From a virus: 64,000 nucleotides of DNA. Made by a program: the position numbers and the translations under genes. Below are positions 57,050 to 64,000 of the stretch, in pieces; the stretch's first letter is position 1, and each line of letters starts with the position of its first letter. The notes under the pieces are model-generated. The model was not told the DNA's origin, did no database searches, and saw only the letters and a program-made list of their open reading frames with translations. The stretch covers positions 48,768-112,767 of IMG/VR virus record IMGVR_UViG_2716884425_000003. One strand, written 5' to 3'.

Positions 57050-57087
57050 GCTTGACAAGGGCGGGACCGGTCCCGCGGGTGTCAAGC
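57050..57087. repeat. Composite palindromic element copy 7 (symmetric form)
   Basis: GCTTGACA-agg-GCGGGACCGGTCCCGC-ggg-TGTCAAGC. Confidence 0.9.
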
Positions 57088-57107
57088 AAAAAGTTTCCCC
57101 AATGGCA

Positions 57108-57133
57108 AAAAAAATCCCCGCCCGAAGGCGGGG
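57108..57133 (-). terminator. Rho-independent terminator
   Basis: CCCCGCC-TTCG-GGCGGGG plus U-run; same hairpin as at 12287-12304. Confidence 0.85.
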
Positions 57134-57153
57134 GGTGTGTTTGTAGGTTTGGC

Positions 57154-58089
57154 CTAGTTGTTCTCGACCTTTACGCCGTCAGCCTTGGCAACCGCCACCA
57201 GCTTCTCGAACCGCTTGGGGTTGTCGCTGGCGAGGTTGAACCGCTTGAGGAGTTGACCGCTGACGCGGTTGGCGTACTCGAAGCGGGTAGACTCGAACGT
57301 GCCGACAGCATCGCCAGACTTCTTGTCAACCAAGTTGTCACTGGTGAGGTACTGCGTGGCAGCGTTGTACAGTTGGTACAGGTTGCGGTCATCGCCTACC
57401 GAACCGTCAGCACCATCCTCGCGTGGGTTGTTCCACACGCTCGAAATGCCCTCGCGCACCTTGTCAGAAATCAAACCAGTGTCGGCTTGGTTTTGCAGGG
57501 CGAAGATGCCTTGCTCCTGAGTGATGCCAACGCGAGCCAGCGCGGCGTAGGTGTTGCCCGTTTTGGTGAACGAGGCGAGTGCCTTGTCGATGGCGTCATC
57601 GGTCAGCAAGGCGTTGAGGTCGAACTTCTTGGAGTGCTTCTTGAGCATATCCAGTTCTTTCTCAAGCGTCTGCATACCGTTGGTGCAAACAAGGCGAAGC
57701 ATACCGAGCGCAAAGGATACGCGCAGCGAGCGGTCAAACGAGTTTTGCAAGGTGAGGCGGAAGCCCATCTTGTCACCCACTTCTGGCACTTCAATGTCGT
57801 GGCCCTTGAAGTCGTAATTGACGCGGAGCTTGGCCCCGCCGTCAGTCACATAAATGTTGCGCTCGTAGTCGCCAAGACCCTTGCGAGCGAAAGCACTTTC
57901 TGCTTTCTCTACTAGGTCGGCGTTTTGTACGATGCCGTAGCGGCTCGTATGACAGCCCAGCACCTCGTTGTTGTCGAGGCGGCGGGATGCGAAGAAACCG
58001 GACTTTTTGCCGTCAGGCAGGAAAAGCTCCTCCTGCGCTACGGTGAAATCCCAGTCTTTATTCTTGCTTTGTTTTGCGGTAATAGGCAT
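57154..58089 (-). CDS. DUF932/DUF945-family phage protein
   Basis: YGIVQN...LTLQNSFDRS...GMLRLVCTNGM...NLYQLYNAATQY. Confidence 0.85.
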   Translation of the reverse strand: MPITAKQSKNKDWDFTVAQEELFLPDGKKSGFFASRRLDNNEVLGCHTSRYGIVQNADLVEKAESAFARKGLGDYERNIYVTDGGAKLRVNYDFKGHDIEVPEVGDKMGFRLTLQNSFDRSLRVSFALGMLRLVCTNGMQTLEKELDMLKKHSKKFDLNALLTDDAIDKALASFTKTGNTYAALARVGITQEQGIFALQNQADTGLISDKVREGISSVWNNPREDGADGSVGDDRNLYQLYNAATQYLTSDNLVDKKSGDAVGTFESTRFEYANRVSGQLLKRFNLASDNPKRFEKLVAVAKADGVKVENN

Positions 58090-58136
58090 ATGTTCGTTCT
58101 CTTTGGTTAGATGTTATGTCTCAATCGACTAAAACC

Positions 58137-58165
58137 ATTATCTCACATATCCAAATCACTTGCAA
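58137..58165 (-). promoter_or_regulatory. sigma70-type promoter with GGAT spacer motif
   Basis: TTGCAA-gtgatttGGATatgtga-GATAAT. Confidence 0.65.
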
Positions 58166-58340
58166 GCATAAAATGCGTGTCACAAGCATCTTTTTTTTAT
58201 CCCCTAATTGTTGCCGTTAATTAGACCGTCATTTATGAGCGACAAATCCATTTGCCAACCAAAAAACGCAAAAAGTGATCGGCAAGTTTCGTAAAAAGGG
58301 GAGTTTTCTCCGGTGCGAAATATCGCCAAAACACGAAATC

Positions 58341-58400
58341 TTCACAGGCTGTGAATAAAAAAAGCTTGACGGCCGCGGGACCGGTCCCGGCGTGTCAAGC
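58341..58400. repeat. Composite palindromic element copy 8
   Basis: TTCACA-ggc-TGTGAATAA, GCTTGACG, GGGACCGGTCCC, TGTCAAGC. Confidence 0.9.
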
Positions 58401-58463
58401 AAAAAAAAAGAGGCAGGACCCGGTCAAACACAAAAAACCCGGGCCCTGCCGTTGGTGGAAAAG

Positions 58464-58676
58464 TTAATCTAATATTCTACGACTATACTCCCATGAGGGT
58501 ACGTGATTATGATGACCGTGAGCATGCCAATGACCACGCTCGTGTGGCTTATGATAAACGTTAACTTTGTGACCCAAGAAGCTCGTAGTAAAATGCGAGT
58601 TATCTTTATAAGTTCCTGATGTCCAAGAACTGCAGCCACTGGCTAGCGCTATCAATATGACTAGGATCCACTTCAT
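58464..58676 (-). CDS. Small His-rich lipoprotein
   Basis: MKWILVILIALASGC lipobox; HERGHWHAHGHHNH. Confidence 0.65.
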   Translation of the reverse strand: MKWILVILIALASGCSSWTSGTYKDNSHFTTSFLGHKVNVYHKPHERGHWHAHGHHNHVPSWEYSRRILD

Positions 58677-59185
58677 TAGTTAGCCTCCTGATTGACTGGT
58701 ACCTGTGCCCAGCACGTGGGGCCAATGATCACTTTGCGTGCGGTAAAGACCGGCTCGTAGACGTCTTCAATTGAACGAAGAGGATCTGTGTCACGAGTCA
58801 TGAACGTCTTGTACTTGTAGGGATTATATACAAGCTCAAGCCATCGATATCCCTCGCGGTCGTGCGCCTTGATGGCAGCCTCTTGCCAGTCTCTGGCGAC
58901 ATCCTTTGCGTGACCGAGGTCGAATGCATCCATGTCATTATCATACCACACGGCATTGACCATATGCCCGCGCACTACAGCGTGCACGTTCTTGCGCTGC
59001 TCTTCACGTACGCGCTCGTTGCCCTTAGGCCCGACCGCGAGCTTGACTGGCTTAGCAGTACTGCCATCAAGGATAACCATCAGGGCATGCCCCTCCACAA
59101 GACCGTCCTTGCGCACGGAATAAACGATGTCGTCCCTGAAGTGCAGGTTGCGGTACACCTCGCGTTTAAAAATGCTAGCGTCCAT
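58676..59185 (-). CDS. Conserved-looking phage hypothetical protein
   Basis: VYRNLH...GNERVREEQRKNVHAVVRG...YNPYK motif pattern. Confidence 0.7.
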   Translation of the reverse strand: MDASIFKREVYRNLHFRDDIVYSVRKDGLVEGHALMVILDGSTAKPVKLAVGPKGNERVREEQRKNVHAVVRGHMVNAVWYDNDMDAFDLGHAKDVARDWQEAAIKAHDREGYRWLELVYNPYKYKTFMTRDTDPLRSIEDVYEPVFTARKVIIGPTCWAQVPVNQEAN

Positions 59186-59409
59186 TACACCTCCTCCTCC
59201 TCGGTTCCATCAAGAATGCCAAAAATTTCATCTTGGCAAGTCTGACAAAAACCTGATAGTCGGAATTCCTTCTCGGAAATCTCATCACGAAAGTTGAGAT
59301 CGTAGGTTCCGCACTTGACGCACTGTCCAGCTGCGATTGCTAGCTGACGACTGCGACCGAACATGGAAAACGCCATGTCTTCTTTGTATTGCTCTAGTTC
59401 GTTCATCAT
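59185..59409 (-). CDS. Small zinc-finger protein
   Basis: CVKC...CQTC. Confidence 0.7.
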   Translation of the reverse strand: MMNELEQYKEDMAFSMFGRSRQLAIAAGQCVKCGTYDLNFRDEISEKEFRLSGFCQTCQDEIFGILDGTEEEEV

Positions 59410-59416
59410 GTATACC

Positions 59417-59445
59417 AGTCTACTACAGATCCGTTTCTATGTCAA
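59417..59445 (-). promoter_or_regulatory. sigma70-type promoter with GGAT spacer motif
   Basis: TTGACA-tagaaacGGATctgtag-TAGACT. Confidence 0.8.
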
Positions 59446-59479
59446 CAGTAAACTTATCCCCAACCCCACAAGAAAAAAA

Positions 59480-59571
59480 GCTTGACGTCGCGGGACCGGT
59501 CCCGGCGGTGTCAAGCATAAAATGAAAAAACTTATTCACAGGTATAGTTATAAGGTTGAGACTTAATCTCA
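59480..59571. repeat. Composite palindromic element copy 9
   Basis: GCTTGACG, CGGGACCGGTCCCG, TGTCAAGC, TTATTCACA, TGAGACTTAATCTCA. Confidence 0.9.
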
Positions 59572-59867
59572 TCTACATCATTAATATAAACCTTACTTAT
59601 TTGGCATGTTTATTTGGCTTATTTCGGACTCATATTTAACGAGCCTATTCTTCGCACCTTATTTTAACATAACCTGTTTGAGCTTGCCTTATTATATTTT
59701 GCAAGGTCTTATTTATTATTACACTTTGATGGGGTAAAATACAAAAAAAATCCCCCCCGCTTTTACACGAGGAGGATTCGATGATGATGAACGAACCGTG
59801 GACATTGCATCCACTATCTATATATTAGCCTACTTCCTGACTAAATTCAAGTTTATTTTTACTTTAT

Positions 59868-60161
59868 TTACCATTGTAAGAATTCAATTATGTTATTTAT
59901 ATTTACTTTCTTCTCTATTATATTCTTTATATTGCTATTCTCTTGTCCTGCATATATATAATCTACTATGTATAAATCATCTTCTATTTCTGCTATCTTA
60001 ACCTTCCAAGCACCTAGGTTGTATTTGAACTTATAAAATAACTCACCTTCATTTAATGTGCCGCGCCATTCAAACTCTGACATCTGGAATGGTTCGCCAT
60101 CTATCTTATATTTATTTTTTACTAGTCTTGTTTGACTTGTTGGTTTTATTATCAAGCTCAT
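59868..60161 (-). CDS. Hypothetical protein
   Basis: ORF track; start uncertain (overlaps the end of ruvB). Confidence 0.5.
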   Translation of the reverse strand: MSLIIKPTSQTRLVKNKYKIDGEPFQMSEFEWRGTLNEGELFYKFKYNLGAWKVKIAEIEDDLYIVDYIYAGQENSNIKNIIEKKVNINNIIEFLQW

Positions 60162-61080
60162 TAAGATACTCCAATCCTTTGCTGGTTAGTGAACGACCCT
60201 CTGGCTGAATCTCCATGAGTCCCATCTTGGACAGGTACAACTCGTAGTCCTTCTGGATAGCACCCTTGGACAGTCCAGTGATAGCGGCAAGCTCGGTGAG
60301 GCGAGTAGCCTTCTTGCGAGCCATGTAACGCATGAGGTTGAGTTCCTGTACGCTCAGGCCGAGCGGGAGGATACCGATGCGGTCACACAACGATGCCCAA
60401 TCCTTCTTGTCAAAGTGCTTCTTACCCTTGGCATCGAGGTAAAGGCGCATCTTGGTCGCCATCTTTTGCGCTGCACGGGCGTTACCGCGCAGTACGTTAG
60501 AAATCTCGGAGAGTGTCTTGGGTTCGACAGTGTAACCGTCAAGGCCCATCATCACAATCTGACCAAGCTCATCTAACTTATATTCTTCTAGGTCGATGCG
60601 CTCCATTCTGTCCATGAGTGCATGGAAGATGCTCTGACCCTCGGTAGTGGCGAACATGAAGCTCAAGCGGCGAAAGTCAAACGTCACGTTGTAATCCTCG
60701 TAGGAGAAGTCGTTACGATTGTCTGGATTGGGGTTGGTGATGGTCAACAACGCCATTGTTACGTCCTTGGGCAACTCGGAACACTCGTCGAACAGCACGG
60801 TAGCGTCACGCTCGACCATGTGCGGAATCACAATCATGTTGAAGAACTGCTTGAGACTCTTGATGGTAGAGCAGTTGATGGTAATGAGAGGTTTGATGCT
60901 GCCCTCTGCATACAGGTTCTTTGCCATCGCAGTTGCCATAGTGGTCTTGCCACAACCGCGAGGTGCTGTAAACATGAGGTGAGGAATCACGCTGGTCTCT
61001 TTGTGTCCGTCAATGTAAAAGCCTAGTGCTTTCTTCACACGGGATTGTCCAATAATGTCTGGGAAGTAGGTATCAGTCAT
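60112..61080 (-). CDS. ruvB: RuvB-like AAA+ branch-migration ATPase
   Basis: IIGQ, Walker A APRGCGKT, LFDE, FATT, LMDR, RGNARAA, C-terminal winged helix ending GRSLT. Confidence 0.85.
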   Translation of the reverse strand: MTDTYFPDIIGQSRVKKALGFYIDGHKETSVIPHLMFTAPRGCGKTTMATAMAKNLYAEGSIKPLITINCSTIKSLKQFFNMIVIPHMVERDATVLFDECSELPKDVTMALLTITNPNPDNRNDFSYEDYNVTFDFRRLSFMFATTEGQSIFHALMDRMERIDLEEYKLDELGQIVMMGLDGYTVEPKTLSEISNVLRGNARAAQKMATKMRLYLDAKGKKHFDKKDWASLCDRIGILPLGLSVQELNLMRYMARKKATRLTELAAITGLSKGAIQKDYELYLSKMGLMEIQPEGRSLTSKGLEYLNELDNKTNKSNKTSKK

Positions 61081-61088
61081 CAGTAATA

Positions 61089-61117
61089 AGTATAGGGGTT
61101 ATCCTACCAGTTGTCAA
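61089..61117 (-). promoter_or_regulatory. sigma70-type promoter with GGAT spacer motif
   Basis: TTGACA-actggtaGGATaacccc-TATACT. Confidence 0.85.
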
Positions 61118-61394
61118 CACTAAAATCTGGCGCGGGTTCTTCTTTGTTACTTGCATTCAAGTCAGTGACCTGTACGGCATTGGCCTTGGCAGCAGTAGCA
61201 AGGGGCATCATCATCGTCGGGGTGGACACAACAGGCTGACCTTCGATACCCATAGATTCGCAGAACTTCCTGCTCACTACGATAATAGCACCACTAGGCA
61301 ACTTGTCGGTCAATTCCGTGAGGGGAACCATGCAGAAGCTAACGCTCCCTTTCTTGCGCCCCGCACCCGATTTACGTTTCTTTTTCTCGCTCAT
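61104..61394 (-). CDS. Hypothetical protein (basic N-terminus GAGRKKG)
   Basis: Start MSEKK at 61394, 8 nt after the promoter at 61403-61431 (TTGACC-GGAT spacer-TATACT). Confidence 0.65.
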   Translation of the reverse strand: MSEKKKRKSGAGRKKGSVSFCMVPLTELTDKLPSGAIIVVSRKFCESMGIEGQPVVSTPTMMMPLATAAKANAVQVTDLNASNKEEPAPDFSVDNW

Positions 61395-61459
61395 CTTCAA
61401 CCAGTATAAAGGTTATCCGCTCTGAGGTCAAGCAAATAAAATGAATAAAATTAAATTAA

Positions 61460-61726
61460 TTAGTCTTTCCATTCATTCTCACTATCATTAAAGCTCCCAT
61501 GCTCTTCTTCATATATCCATGCCTCAACTAACTTACTTACTTCGTGGGCGAGTTCCGAGGCGCGGCGACCATCGTGATGCTCAATAATCTCCTTTTGGGC
61601 AAATACGGGGCGTTTGGCGAAAAGCTGATCCCATGCCTTCTTGTATAGGCGTGCGGCGTGCAACTGCTCTGCATTTGGCTTTTTCTTACTTACTTTCTTT
61701 GATGTTTTCTTCTTGGGGGTTGTCAT
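61460..61726 (-). CDS. Hypothetical protein
   Basis: ORF track; promoter 61735-61763 (TTGACT-GGAT spacer-CAATAT). Confidence 0.65.
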   Translation of the reverse strand: MTTPKKKTSKKVSKKKPNAEQLHAARLYKKAWDQLFAKRPVFAQKEIIEHHDGRRASELAHEVSKLVEAWIYEEEHGSFNDSENEWKD

Positions 61727-61846
61727 ATGCTCTTATATTGAGGTATATCCAGTTTTAAGTCAAGTAAATAATCTTAAAACGCAATTAAAATTATTAAAAT
61801 TAATAAAATTGGCATTTTTCTTTGTTATTATCTTAAATATCGCAAA

Positions 61847-61875
61847 TGAGACTCATTCTCAACGGGACGGGTGCG
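61847..61875. repeat. Degenerate composite element copy 10
   Basis: TGAGACTCATTCTCA-ac-GGGACGGGTGCG. Confidence 0.6.
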
Positions 61876-61916
61876 ATTTTGCTTGACTTCTGGCCGGAGA
61901 TCGGGGCCAGTCCGAG

Positions 61917-62052
61917 GCTATATTTGGCGACCAGACTCTTCGAACCTTTTTGCTATATTTCGAAGTCACATTCTTCGAACCTTTTCGGGCTATATTTACA
62001 AGGATCACTCTTCGAACCTATCTGCCATATTTCGCGGTCAGACTGTTCGAAG
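61917..62052. repeat. Four-unit iteron-like direct repeat array (35-37 bp period)
   Basis: GCTATATTT-N10-CTCTTCGAACC-N5-7, four units. Confidence 0.85.
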
Positions 62053-62090
62053 TTAATTTAATAAATAAAATAATTAAAATTGGCCGCTAA

Positions 62091-62342
62091 TTATCTCTTG
62101 ATTCTTCTGTAATTTTTTGACCAAATTATGTCTGTCATTTCATTTGCAGTTTTACTGACTTTACTCTCACTCCAGTCAGGATTGTAAACATGAAGCATCT
62201 CATGTATTAAAGTATCTAAATAATTTTTACTTCTTTGTCTTGGGTCTATTTCAATGACCTTTGCATCTGTATAAGCCTGTCCAACTGCCTTCTGCCGACC
62301 TAATTTTTTATCTATCACTTTAATTTTATGGGTATTAGCCAT
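62091..62342 (-). CDS. Small zincin-like (HExxH) protein
   Basis: IEIDP...YLDTLIHEMLH. Confidence 0.65.
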   Translation of the reverse strand: MANTHKIKVIDKKLGRQKAVGQAYTDAKVIEIDPRQRSKNYLDTLIHEMLHVYNPDWSESKVSKTANEMTDIIWSKNYRRIKR

Positions 62343-62554
62343 ATATTAAATATACACTATAATACAAATAAACTCAATTTGCGCCAATGTGCATATAAAT
62401 AGAATAAATTAATTAAATATATTTTAATAAATAAAAGTCGCGCAGACCCATATAAATAAATGACAATAAGTAATACCTTCTATCTTACTCTTATTCCCTA
62501 CTAGCATATTTACAACAGGAGCATATTTGAGGGTGTTTTTTCTTTGAAGTTATA

Positions 62555-62580
62555 GTGGGTAAAAGTGGGGGAAAGTGTGG
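62555..62580. promoter_or_regulatory. Three GTGGG-like boxes at 10-bp period (MraZ-box-like)
   Basis: GTGGG-taaaa-GTGGG-ggaaa-GTGTG. Confidence 0.4.
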
Positions 62581-62866
62581 AAAAAGGGGGCAAAAGCCCC
62601 CTTAATAGTCCAGATGATCGTCGAAAAATCCGTTGCTTCCGTTTTCGTCATCTGACTTGCTTTTCAGATAAATGAAGTAAAACATTACTCCAACCAAAAT
62701 TAAAGTCATTATATTGTAAGGTATATGTAATAGATTCTTGTTTATTCATAAGTAGATTCCTTTGTATATGTATAAGGTATGAGATTCAGTCAATTAGCCG
62801 CACTTGCTAATTAAAATAATAAAAATAACTTGGGGAGCGGGGTTTATTCCCCGCCCCCCCGTGCTG

Positions 62867-63685
62867 CTATTCTTCGTCTCCGTACCCCAAGTCTCTTGTC
62901 GCTTGGGCGTACCCTTCGGCGTATGCCTCGTTCTCCTCGTCGGAGTAGTCGTAGTTGATACCATCGTCCAATGGAGGTGCTTCGATATTCTCCATGTGAC
63001 CTACGACCTTGTAGGAAGCAGTACGCAACTTCTGGCACTGACAATCATGCGGAACGCTGACCACATCAGTTGGGTCAATTTCCACAATCATCAGATTGCC
63101 CCCATTAGAAGCGTAACCCTTGGCATATTCATAACTGCCAGCGTGAAACCCGTCAGAGCAACCGACATTGGCATCATCGCACACTTGGTTGCGAATCATG
63201 GTCAAGGTCTGTCCAACAGTGTTATCAAACTTGCGGGTATGAAAGTCCATGAAATCGCTCGTTACGCCTTTGTAAGCGAGGAAGTTGCCTTCAGGGGTCA
63301 GGGGCATGGATTTATGCTCCAAGAACCGATACAACTCCTCTGTGGCGCGGCGAGAGGGGTTCGCCATGAGCTTTCCAAGGAACTTCACCAAGGGTTGATA
63401 TGGTAGACCTTCTCGCATGAAATCGAGAATCTTGTCTACGCAATAGTTGTGGATGGACTCGCCTCCGTAGAATACCTGTCCGTCCTTTACCTCGATGTTA
63501 GCATCAGCGTCGAGGTAATCCTCCACGGCATGAGACACATCGAACATCTTCTCAAGCCTCTCCCATTCGGAGTTCTTGAGTGCATCCTTCGCCTGTTCCC
63601 AAGCTGGATGGTCATTGTTCATGGTTTGAGCCTGACCATTTATCACCACTGTCAGACTGTTTTCTGTTAATATGTGCGGTATCAT
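62867..63685 (-). CDS. rIIB: rIIB-like protein
   Basis: FLEHKSMPLTPEGNFLAYKGV...CSDGFHAG...IVEIDPTDVVSVP...KLRTASYKV. Confidence 0.8.
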   Translation of the reverse strand: MIPHILTENSLTVVINGQAQTMNNDHPAWEQAKDALKNSEWERLEKMFDVSHAVEDYLDADANIEVKDGQVFYGGESIHNYCVDKILDFMREGLPYQPLVKFLGKLMANPSRRATEELYRFLEHKSMPLTPEGNFLAYKGVTSDFMDFHTRKFDNTVGQTLTMIRNQVCDDANVGCSDGFHAGSYEYAKGYASNGGNLMIVEIDPTDVVSVPHDCQCQKLRTASYKVVGHMENIEAPPLDDGINYDYSDEENEAYAEGYAQATRDLGYGDEE

Positions 63686-63747
63686 AGTTTTGTTCTTTCT
63701 ATTCTTCTATTCTAGTGTGTTTCCGATGTTAGTTCAAGTCTTTTTTA

Positions 63748-64000
63748 CTAAAAAGTACCATCTTCATCAATTCCATACATCTCATTCAACATTTCTTGGA
63801 TTTCCTCAACCCTGTTGTGGATGTGCTGCTGCTTGCTGTTCAAGGCGACTAATTGATTTTTCATGTTTTTAGCAAATTCTGGTGGAATGTCATCTGAATT
63901 AGCTTTTTCTAACTCACTTACAACCCTTTGCCCTTCCATCATATACTTGTTTGAGCTTGTGAGTAGTTGTTTAATCATTTTACTTGTTTCAATGATGTCT
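63748..64000 (-). CDS. Coiled-coil hypothetical protein, possibly 5'-truncated by window edge
   Basis: The frame of ORF 63748-63978 stays open to the window end (DIIETSK upstream of the ATG). Confidence 0.55.
   Translation of the reverse strand, partial: DIIETSKMIKQLLTSSNKYMMEGQRVVSELEKANSDDIPPEFAKNMKNQLVALNSKQQHIHNRVEEIQEMLNEMYGIDEDGTF

Noticed and set aside
12287-57133. Identical 18-nt hairpin CCCCGCCCGAAGGCGGGG at 12287 and 57116 as a mobile repeat
   Set aside because: Simply a stable UUCG-loop terminator used twice; the flanks are unrelated.
56926-57915. 329-aa plus-strand ORF
   Set aside because: Antisense shadow of the GC-rich DUF932 gene; it runs through a terminator and repeat element and has no motif.
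49618-59571. Integron attC sites or IS ends as the identity of the palindromic elements
   Set aside because: No RYYYAAC/GTTRRRY core sites, no integrase or transposase in the window, and no target-site duplications seen.
61917-62052. CRISPR mini-array
   Set aside because: Variable segments are only 10 and 5-7 nt, the repeats are not a single 23-47 nt unit, and there are no cas genes in the window.
48503-64000. tRNA genes in the intergenic gaps
   Set aside because: No cloverleaf with a GTTCRA T-loop and acceptor stem was found by eye; tRNAscan-SE would be needed to exclude them fully.

Overview
A 64-kb segment of a large tailed dsDNA bacteriophage (Caudoviricetes; host not identifiable from the sequence), almost entirely encoded on the minus strand. 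1-19.4 kb: receptor-binding/fibre module (a >1900-aa LamG protein running off the left end, four collagen-like GxT/GxP proteins, lectin-like fibres, a GT4 glycosyltransferase). At 16.06-16.33 kb it contains an intergenic group I ribozyme core with its own sigma70 promoter, no upstream exon, and a P1-like helix downstream of the core, i.e. an apparently circularly permuted group I intron. 19.5-34.5 kb: major capsid, decoration protein, protease/scaffold, a lipoprotein cluster, tail tube, portal, large terminase, ERCC4 nuclease and a phage sigma factor. 34.7-48.5 kb: sulfotransferase, ClpP, PhoH and a ~12-gene sugar pathway (RmlA/RmlB/UER-type rhamnose, 2x NeuB, NeuA, Maf-like transferase, B12 radical SAM, 2OG dioxygenase, SDR, AKR, 2x GT2). 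48.6-64 kb: an early-type region of small, mostly leaderless genes. Each has its own sigma70-like promoter, 11 of them sharing a fixed GGAT spacer motif, and the units are punctuated by ~10 copies of a composite palindromic element (GGGACCGGTCCC / TGAGAC-N3-GTCTCA / DnaA-box-like TTATTCACA). This region also holds an unannotated ArfA-like peptide, a ~575-nt highly structured ncRNA, gp88-like, SleB-like, DUF932, RuvB-like and rIIB-like genes, and an iteron-like array. No tRNA, rRNA or CRISPR array was recognised. All protein calls are from motif recognition by eye, not database searches.
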